DNA from: Octopus vulgaris
Taxonomy: Eukaryota
Length of the DNA stretch: 64,000 bases
Reading direction: 5' to 3'
Assembly: GCA_951406725.2 (NCBI GenBank)
Contig: OX597834.1
Span: 7,130,001 to 7,194,000, forward strand
Part shown: positions 53,451 through 64,000 of the stretch, piece by piece
Layout of the letters: each line of letters starts with the position of its first letter
How positions within the stretch are numbered: the stretch's first letter is position 1
Translations under genes and position numbers: made by a program
The notes under the pieces: model-generated
What the model was told of the DNA's origin: nothing
Databases searched by the model: none
The model's input: only the letters and a program-made list of their open reading frames with translations

Positions 53451-54234
53451 TGACTGGTACTCATGCTGGTGGCATGTAAAAAATCACCCACTACACTCTC
53501 AGAGTGGTTGGCATTAGGAAGGGCATCCAGCTGTAGAAACCTTGCCAGATCAGATTGGAGCCTGGGGCAGCCTTCTGACTTGCCAGTCCTCAGTCAATCC
53601 ATCTAACCCATGCCAGCATGGAATGCAGACGTTAAACGACTATGCTGATGCTGAAGAGCTTTATATTACTCAGAATATATAAGACAAGGGCTAAAACCTA
53701 AAGGTCTAAAAACAAGCATAGATGTTCAGGACAAATTTATGAAAATGTTTTGGACGGGCAAAAGGTTACCTCAGCTGACACATTATAGCCTTGGATGGAG
53801 TTTATATTAATTTGTATCTTATGTCTCAATTTCTGTTACTTGAGTCACAATGAAAACTTGAAGGTTTCTTTGAAGTCGACTCTGGAAATCTGACAAAGCT
53901 AAGAGTTATTTTACAAAGAGATAGCAGCCCATCTGTTTCGCTATATCGATGACATACAAGGACAGGTAAGGTGGTTGAGAGGTAGAGAGACAGCGGGAAG
54001 GTGGGGTACATATAGATGATAATAATAATAAAAAAAATAGTGATAAATAGAGAGAAGATAAAACTTTAAAGTAAATGAAAACAAAACAAAGGTACGTGCA
54101 GCCACATAATTTCTCTTGGTTTTTATCTGTATTTATGTATAAATATATTGATGTATCCTAGTATGTGACACACACACACACACACACACATTAATATACA
54201 TGTGTTTACGTATATTTATATAATATATATATAT

Positions 54235-54293
<59 letters not shown>

Positions 54294-54298
54294 AATAA

Positions 54299-54356
<58 letters not shown>

Positions 54357-54596
54357 ACCCGTCTGTTTTCTGTGTTCGTCCCTTTGTGTATTTCACGTTC
54401 TTGTTTCTTTATATATAAATTTGATTCCTATATATATGTATATATGTATATATGTATATACATATATATACATATATATTTATATATACATATATATATA
54501 TATATACATATATATGTATATATATATATATTTATATATATATACATATATGTATAGATAAATATGTATATATATATATATGTATATATATATGTG

Positions 54597-54639
<43 letters not shown>

Positions 54640-55347
54640 CATGTATATATATATATATATATATATATAGGGGGAGAGAGAGTGAGAGGAGAGAAAAACA
54701 CACACACACATACACACACACACAAACAAACACATATATTAAAATGTGTGCAAGTGCTTGTGATAAGATATATAGAAATAACATTTAGACTCTTTGAAAT
54801 GTCTTGCACAGAATTTGTCAAAAGCTAGCAAGTCTGCATCTTTTCCTTCTTTTCATTCTCTCCTCTCTTTCTTTCTTCAAGTCCATTCACCCCGCCCCCA
54901 CCCCCACCCCTCTCCATCTCTTTCATATCTTCTCATGTTTTTATCAAATTCTTTTTTTTGTTTTCATTGCACCTTCTTCTGAATATCTTTCCTTTCTTTT
55001 ACTCTCATCTATTTTCCTCACAATTTCCATTACAGCTCGAGACTATCTCTGCATCTAATTCCTTCTCTCTCTTTCTCTACCTCTCTCTCTCCCTACCTCT
55101 CTCTCTCTACCTCTCTCTCCCTACCTCTCTCTCTCTACCTCTCTCTACCTCTCTCTCCCTCCCTCTCTCTCTCTCTACTTCTACCTTCTCCATTTCTTTG
55201 TGGCTCTCTCTCAATATCTGTCTCTTTGTTGTTCAGTTTGTCTGTTTTGTTTGTTGCTCTATTTATCTATCTCCCAGCCTGCCAGTTTGTCTGTCTATCC
55301 ATCTTACCATCCCTCCATCCATCCATCTATCTATCTATATCTATCTA

Positions 55348-55465
<118 letters not shown>

Positions 55466-55528
55466 CCTACCTACCTACCTACCTATCCATCCATCCATCC
55501 ATCCATCCATCCATCCATCCATCCATCC

Positions 55529-55573
<45 letters not shown>

Positions 55574-55652
55574 CTTACCTACCTATCTATCTATCTATCC
55601 ATCTATTTATCTGTCTATCTATTACTCTCCCTCCTTAACTATCTATCAATCT

Positions 55653-55684
<32 letters not shown>

Positions 55685-55714
55685 TACTCTCCCTCTGTAA
55701 CTATCTATCACTCT

Positions 55715-55796
<82 letters not shown>

Positions 55797-56058
55797 GTGT
55801 CTCTGTTTCAATTCCCAGGCCTGGTGGTGTGCTGTGTTTTTGAGCAAAACCATTCTGCTTTCATATTGCTTCACTCTACTCACCTGTAAATGGATGACCC
55901 TGTGACATACTGGCATCTTGTCTGAGGAGACCGTTGTGACCCTGGCCAGTTGTATGCTGATGAACAGCTATGTGGGTCCTAGGACTTGAGGCAGTAGTGA
56001 CCAGGGACTGATGATGATGATGAAGGTGATGATGATGATGATGATAATGATGATGATG

Positions 56059-56090
<32 letters not shown>

Positions 56091-56102
56091 GACGACGACG
56101 GC

Positions 56103-56136
<34 letters not shown>

Positions 56137-56337
56137 ATGATGGTGACGATGATGATAGCAATAATGATGCTGATGATGATGGTGATGGTAGTGGTGGTGC
56201 TGGTGGTGATGATGATGATAGTGATGATAGTGATGATGATCAGGAGGAGGAGGAGGAGAAGGATGATGAGGTGGAGGTGGAGAAGAATGATGATGATGAT
56301 GTTGATGATAGTAGTGGTGATGATGATGATGATGTCA

Positions 56338-56370
<33 letters not shown>

Positions 56371-57567
56371 AGGAGGAGGGTGTTGGTGGTAACAGCAGGA
56401 GTAGCAGTGGTTGTAATTAAGATGATGATGATGATGATTGATGACGTTATATACAGTGAGATGCCCCTCCAGACATCAACTCCTTTTTGCCACACAGATA
56501 ATGGCTGTGTTCCAAATCTGGTGGCGGTGGTGGCGAAAGATGCTATTATGGCTATAAGTAGACAGCATCATTTGGTCGATATTTATTGAGTTGCTTTCGA
56601 TAGCTTCCCTGACAAACATTTTAAGATATTTTATGTTTGTCATCATCATCATCATCGTTTAACGTCCACTTTCCATGCTAGCATGGGTTGGACGATTTTG
56701 ATTGAGGGCTGGCGAACTAGAAGGCTGCACCAGGCCTCAATCTTGATCTGGCAGAGTTTCTACAACTGGATGCCCTTCCTAATACCAACCACTCTGAGAG
56801 TGTAGTGGGTGCTTTTAAAGTGCCACCGGCATGGGGTCAGTCAGGCAGTACGGGCAACGACCTCACTTGAATCCTTAACACATGCCACCGGCACAGGTGC
56901 CAATAAGGTGATGCTGGTAACCATCATGCTCTAATGGTGTCTTTACGTGCCACCGGCATAGACGCCAGATAGCCGCTCTGGCAATGACCATGCTTGGATG
57001 GTGCTCTTAATACCCTACTAGCATGGATATGTGTGCATTACAATTAAGCTGTGACAAATGATAAAAAAAGACAGACCAAAATGAATACACAAAAATGCCA
57101 AAAGTTTTGTCGTACACTTTCCCTTTGTCACAACTTCAACTCATTCTACTTACATATATACACATAGCCATTAATGAAACGGTAAAAATATGTAGAACTT
57201 CTAAAATTTTGCCTCTAGCATCCGTATATGCATGTGAGTATAGTCATGCAAATTTATGTATGTATATAATACAAAATATACAGTCTGAAACATGCAATAA
57301 AATGCATGAATGCACTTACATATATATGAGCAGGTGTGTTCATGAAAAACCTACTTGATGTTCTGTACATAAATACATAGGCATGCAATGACACACACAC
57401 ACTCACACACTTATATATTGTCAATGTATCATGTATCCAAATAAGAAATACATTCTAAAGTATATATCCATGCATGTGTGTGAGTGTGTGTGTGTGTATA
57501 TATATATATCATCATCATCATCATCATCGTTTAACGTCCGTTCTCCATGGTAGCATGGGTTGGATGC

Positions 57568-57614
<47 letters not shown>

Positions 57615-57878
57615 GTATACTTACATATATAGATATATACATATACATACATATATATATATATATATACATATAGATACAAATATATATATACATATAC
57701 ATACAAATATATATATACATATACATACATATATATATATATACATATATATATACATATATATATATACATATATATATACATATACATACATATATTT
57801 ATATATATATATACATACATATATATACATATATATATATATATACATATACATAGATATATATATATATATATACAC

Positions 57879-57921
<43 letters not shown>

Positions 57922-59281
57922 TATACATATATATGCATATATGTATGTGACTGTATATATATATATACATATATTCATATATGTGTATATACATATATAG
58001 ATAAATATATATGTGTATGCATGTGTGTGTGTGTGTATTTGTGTGTCAAAACAAATTCTCACAAATAGAGACAGTACACACACACACCCAGCTGTATATA
58101 CAATGATGCAAACAAAAACTTCAAACTGCATCTGATGCCATGCATTATGAAAATGGTGTCCTGTTGGGCAATCCTGCTTGTCAATACTGCTTTTTGACCT
58201 CTTATTAAAACCAATTACCAAACCCACTCAAAAAACAATAATGCTTGTAGTGCTTCTAGAAATGTATGGCCTAAATCAAAAGATATCTTTCACCATCTCC
58301 TTTGTAGTTGACCTGAAATGCTTAAGGCCAAATATTAAGAATGACAGAAACCAATGGGACCTTATTGCCTGACATTTTACAAACATTGGAGGGAAATATG
58401 GTGACCTGAAATAAGCATTTTTCTCTGGTTAGATAAAGAAAATTTATTGTCATTAAGGAAAAAAATAAAACCTTTTTTATGTGGATAAGAGCTAATTCTT
58501 TTCTACTCTAAGCATAAGATCCGAAAATTTGGGGGAGTGGTGTTGGTGGTGGTGGTGGGAAGGGGCAATCGGTTTGGTCGACCCCAGTTTCCAACTGGTA
58601 CTTAATTTATTGAAACCCAAGAAGATGAAAGGCAAAGTCAACCTTACTCTTTTACTCTTCTACTTGTTTCAGTCATTTGACTGTGGCCATGCTGGGGCAC
58701 CACCTTTAATTGAATAAATATATATACAACCGTATATATAAAGGTGTGTTTACGTTCCCGTAACCTAGCAGTTCAGCAAAAGTGACCGATAGAATAAGTA
58801 CTAGGCTTACAAAGAATAAGTCCTGGGATCGATTTGCTTGACTAAAGGCGGTGCTCTAGCATGGCCACAGTCAAATGACTGAAAAAAGTAAAAGAGTATA
58901 GTCAAAAAGGCCACTTGTCCTCCAGCTAAGAACGCCTCTTCTAAAATCGCAGATGGGAATTAATAGAGACAACTACAGTGAAAGCTGCTGTTTATTTACC
59001 CAATTATAAAATCACATTAACATCAATAATAATTGATGCTTGATGTGACATGAGTAAATGTTTACCTTAAAGTAAATAGGCAAGAAATCAAAACTAAAGG
59101 AAAAAAAACACAAAAATTTAAAAAGGAGTGGCTGGGTGGTGAGTAGCTTGCTTACCAGCCCCATGGTTCTGGGTTCAGTCCCACTGCATGGCACCTTGGT
59201 CAAGTGTCTTCTACTATAGTCTTGTGAGTGGATTTGGAAGACGGAAACTGAAAGAAGCCCTTTGTATATATATATTTACTT

Positions 59282-59513
59282 TTTACTTTTTAGCATTCAG
59301 ATTATGTGGTCAAGTGTGATGCTTATTTATTCTCATTCTTTAAAATTAATCATGTATTATCATGTAGGTTTGAAATGTTGAAGTTATGATTTTTTAATTT
59401 TTAGAATGACATTGCAAGGTAGGTGTGAGAGGCTGGATCTGGTCAGGTGCAATATAAAAAAAGAAGTAGAGCGTTTGGACTAGATATTGCTGGTTTAAAT
59501 GCTGAAGGTTTAA
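59282..59513. mobile_element. piggyBac-like MITE (second family)
   Basis: Degenerate TIRs TTTAGCATT...AATGCTGAAGGTTTAA; related fragments at about 43350-43485. Confidence 0.5.
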
Positions 59514-59626
59514 ACTGGAGGTATATTGTAAGCAACCCAACTAACAAGCACAGATACAGACTTATATGTGTATAATAAGAAGTTTAGCCTCTCTCTCTCC
59601 CTCCCCCTCTCCCCTCTCTCTCTCAT

Positions 59627-59674
<48 letters not shown>

Positions 59675-59676
59675 AC

Positions 59677-60200
59677 CAGGCTGAATCAAAAGTTCTTTTC
59701 TTTCAAGCTTTAATTAATAGCTCCAACAAATTACGTACATAAAGTGTTTATTCATCAGGATATATCTCATCATATTCTACTGCCTGTTGCCATCGTTATG
59801 CTAGAAGCTTGATTCCACGTTTATACCATTCGCCTGCTTTAGAGGCAAAATAATCCCTGCACCCATTTTTAACCTTATCTACATTGTTGAATCTCTATCT
59901 GTGTAGGAAATGAACCATGGTCCAGAAGAAGTGGTACCCTGATGGTGCAAGTTGTAGACTGTAGGAAGAATGAGACCACTTCCAGCTCCTCAAATTTCTC
60001 AAGTTCATGCTTGGTCATTTTGAAAGTGTGTACTGGAGCATTGTCATACTGTAAGAGTGATCATCTTCAGTTGATCATAGCTGGGTAGCGAGCTTTCAAA
60101 GTATCATATACTCAATGCAGTTGTTGGGCATAAAGGCTAGTGTTTAGAAGCTCAAGTTTTTGAGCTTGGTCATTGGTCAGTTCATGAAGAAAGTACTGAG
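59677..60200 (-). pseudogene. Decayed mariner transposase C-terminal part
   Basis: Minus-strand LLQYDNAPVHT (HDNARPH-like) and SYSLQLAPSGYHFF (YSPDLAPSDYHLF-like). Confidence 0.75.
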
Positions 60201-60910
60201 ACTTATTCTTTGTAAGCCCAGTACTTATTCTATTGGTTTCTTTTGCCAAACCGCTAAGTGACGGGGACATAAACACACCAGCATCTGTTGTCAAGCAATG
60301 CTAGGGGAACAAACACAGACACACAAACATACACACACACATATATATATATACATATGTACGACGGGCTTCTTTCAGTTTCCGTCTACCAAATCCATTC
60401 ACAAGGCTTTAGTCGACCTGAGGATATAGTAGAAGACACTTGCCCAAGGTGCCATGCAGTGGGACTGAACCTGGAACCATGTGGTTGGTAAACAAGCTAC
60501 TTACCACACAGCCACTCCTGCACTTTGTTGTCAAATATCATCAGTGAAAATCCTCAAAGACATCTGAGTCAACCTAGTACCGGTATGCATGTATTTGGGT
60601 AGTTTTTGTGTTGATGTGTATAAATACTGATATCCTATATTCTCATTGCTTGACTGATCTGTGTCGATGTTCCATGCTGCATTCCTTTTGGAGATAATTA
60701 CAGACCGGTCACTCACTCGGTGCTTTCAAAGAACTTTGGAATAAAAAAATTCCTTATGTGAAAACAGATAACAGTTTGGCAACAGGAATTGCATTCAGCC
60801 ATAAAATCCTGCCTCAAAGAAACTCCAAGCCCAACCAAATCCATGTTAGCAGGGAAAAGATGTTAAGCAAAGATGGATACGTGTGTATATATATTTACAT
60901 ATATATATAC

Positions 60911-61093
<183 letters not shown>

Positions 61094-61113
61094 CATATGT
61101 ATATATACATATG

Positions 61114-61147
<34 letters not shown>

Positions 61148-61227
61148 CAGAGAGAGAGAGTTATAAACGAACACATAATACGTACACACAAGCATATAAT
61201 ACATATATAAATACAAATATTTGTGTT

Positions 61228-61271
<44 letters not shown>

Positions 61272-61608
61272 TATATTCATACACACTCACATACAAATAC
61301 AAACACACACAAACAATAAACAATTATGGTGATAATAGTAAAAACGAAAGGATCAAAGTTTCTTGCTAAGCCCTAGGCTCATAAGACTGGATTTCTGGAT
61401 TCTGTGGCATATATATTCCCCCACTGGATAGGAAGCTGATCCATCACTGGATTACTCACTTTTTCCAGCTGAGTGGGCTGGGACAGTGAGAAATGAAGTG
61501 TTTTGCTCAAGAGCACAACGCGTCTCCCAGTTTGGGAATCAAAACCATGATAAAACAACCAGAACTTCACATCCGTGGCTACATACATACATACATACAT
61601 ACATACAT

Positions 61609-61985
61609 TATGGCTGCCCCCTCGTTATCGAGTATGGTCATTGCACGAAGCTTAACTGTTACTGGTGCTGTGATCGAATGTGACTTTTTAGCCCAGCTAA
61701 AGATCTACAATGTCTTGTACAGAATTAGCAACTAAAACCTTTACCGGTCATAGCCGGCTGTAGTTGTAACTGGGCCTCATGTACCTTTGCATGTCGTTTA
61801 AGTCCTCCTGCCGAATTACACTCTCTTCCACATGCCCGACAGATATGATTAGTATGGTGTGTTACACCACCACCAGTGGCCAGGTTGTCACTCATCTGTC
61901 TCGTTTTATGATGATGAAGATGACTCTTGAGTCCAGCTTTACTGAGGCAGGGTCTTGCACAGACATTGCATGTCAGCATCAAAGG
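61609..61985 (-). mobile_element. Non-LTR (RTE-like) 3' fragment with tandem C2H2 zinc fingers
   Basis: CNVCARPCLSKAGLKSHLHHH, CRACGRECNSAGGLKRHAKVH and C*FCTRHCRSLAGLKSHIRSQH, then a short UTR. Embedded in (TACA)n with an in-frame stop. Confidence 0.65.
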
Positions 61986-62070
61986 AAGACCCTACGTACA
62001 TACATACATATATACATACATACATACATACATACATACATACACACACATACATACATACACACATACA

Positions 62071-62105
<35 letters not shown>

Positions 62106-62259
62106 GTACATACGTGAATGCATGCATGCATACATACATACATACATACATACATACATAATACATACATACATACATACATACATACATACACATATAC
62201 ATACATACGTGCATGCATGCGTACATACATACATACACATATGCCGATACACACACATA

Positions 62260-63945
62260 CTAGGTGGTATCAAAATATTCCTGGACTAGTTTTGTAATGC
62301 ACCAACAGATGGCAGCACATGGTTGTGCACAGTGAGAGCTAGCAGTGACCTCTATGAGGCAGTGCACCAAGTGACATTGCTGTGTTTACTTGGTAAATTG
62401 TGAAATTTGTGTTTTTGCAATCCCATGAATGCATTAGACCGCGATTTTGTCAAGAGCCAACGTGAAATTTTGTGTTAAACTCAGAAAGTCTGTGACTGAG
62501 AAATCAAGATCATGCTTTGGTAAGCTTATGGGTCTTACACAATATTTCGAGTGGAATGGGTGCTTCAAAAGCAGAAGAACATCTCTGGAAGATGGTAAGT
62601 GATCTGGAAGGCCTGCTGCAAATATCATCCCTGGAAACAGGGAGAAAAATTATCAGCTTGTACATAATGATTATCAGAAGACAATCAATGATATTGCTAA
62701 CGGTGTTGGTCTGTCGTATGGGTCCATGCAGGCAATCCTAGCATCTGAATTGAACATGCAGCATGTTTGTCCCCTGCCTGATGCCCGCTGAGGAGAAAGA
62801 AAACCCACATCGAATTCTGTCAAGTTGTCCATCAGTGTGCCACTGATGACCCACCCTTCATGTCAAGGATCATTACCTATTTCTTTACTACACACAAGGG
62901 GCTAAACACAGAGGGGACAAACAAGGACAGACAAACGGATTAAGTCGATTATATCGATGCCAGTGCATAACTGGTACTTATTTAATCGACCCCGAAAGGA
63001 TGAAAGGCAAAGTCGACCTCAGCGCAATTTGAACTGTGAACGAAATACCTATTTCTTTACTACACACAAGGGGCTAAACACAGAGAGGACAAACAAGGAC
63101 AGACAAATGGATTAAGTCGATTATATCGACTGCAGTGCGTAACTGGTACTTATTTAATCGACCCCGAAAGGATGAAAGGCAAAGTCGACCTCGGCGGAAT
63201 TTGAACTCAGAACGTAACAGCAGATGAAATACCGCAGAGCATTTCGCCCAGCTTGCTAACATTTCTGCCAGCTCGCCGCCGTCGAGGATCATTACTGGTG
63301 TCGAGGGTTCGGTCTATGGGTAAGACCCTGAGATGAAGCAGCAGTCATCGCAATGGAAGAGCCCTTCATCTCCATGACTGCAGGAGGCATGACAGAGTCA
63401 CAGCTCAATCAAGGGCATGCGCATCGTGTTTTTTTTTTTTGACATCTGTGGTATTGAGCATTGAGAATGCATCCCCCAGAAACCAGGCCATCGATTGAGA
63501 GTTCTTCTGTGACGTTTTGAAGTGTTTGCGGGAGGACATTTGGTAAAAAACAACCAGATCTGTGGAATGTGAAGAACTGGATTCTTCACAAAAACAATAT
63601 ACCGAGTCACCAACCACTCTTCACTCATGAGTATCTCACCAAAAACAACATCGTATTGCTTCTGCCCCTGCCCTATTCGGCAAATTTAGCACCTACAGAC
63701 ATTCATCACTTTCCCAAGATGAAAATGTACCTCAAAGTTGTCATGATGCAGAGCAGCTGGCAGAGGGTCCTTCAATTGCTTATGGAAAATGACTTATCCA
63801 GGCCAGATTCCAAATGTGGAGGAATGCTGGGACTGGTGTATAGCTGCACAAGGGGGCTATTTTGAAGGAGACCATAATAAAACTTATATAAATAAGCCCC
63901 TTTTTTTTTATTAAACATTACTAGTCTGGAAACCTTTTGATAATT
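62260..63945 (+). mobile_element. Near full-length decayed mariner element with both TIRs, interrupted by SINE B (62877-63280)
   Basis: TIRs TATCAAAATATTCCTGGACTAGT and ACTAGTCTGGAAACCTTTTGATA; motifs RANVKFCVKL, SGRP, WILHKNN..SH and YSANLAPTD. The SINE has a 15-bp TSD GTC(A/G)AGGATCATTAC. Confidence 0.88.
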
Positions 63946-64000
63946 ATGTATGTGTGTATGTATATATATATATATATATATATATACACTCACGGAGTGG

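Overview
This is AT-rich, extremely repeat-dense non-coding eukaryotic DNA. The SINE repertoire and microsatellite load look like a coleoid cephalopod (Octopus-like); that is an inference. I could not support any intact host gene, and most ORFs in the supplied track are translations of microsatellites or SINEs. The window holds dozens of tRNA-derived SINEs (at least four families, several in tandem arrays). It also holds 3' fragments of non-LTR retrotransposons (RTE, CR1/L2-like, HERO-like, a probable Dong/R4-like UTR), decayed mariner and hAT transposases, MITEs, a complete non-autonomous Helitron and a solo LTR with TSD. Several Penelope-like (PLE) pseudo-LTR fragments sit beside (TA)n tracts and carry minimal hammerhead ribozyme (HHR) motifs. 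The most unusual observation is two sequence-unrelated loci (47521-47673, the 3' UTR of a HERO-like element, and 15845-15953). Each contains all hammerhead core elements (GUH, GAAAC, CUGAUGA, stems I/II/III with compensatory changes) in the same permuted order, which fits none of the type I/II/III topologies. This is a candidate undescribed pseudoknotted or trans-acting ribozyme architecture. All structures were read by eye and none has been tested.
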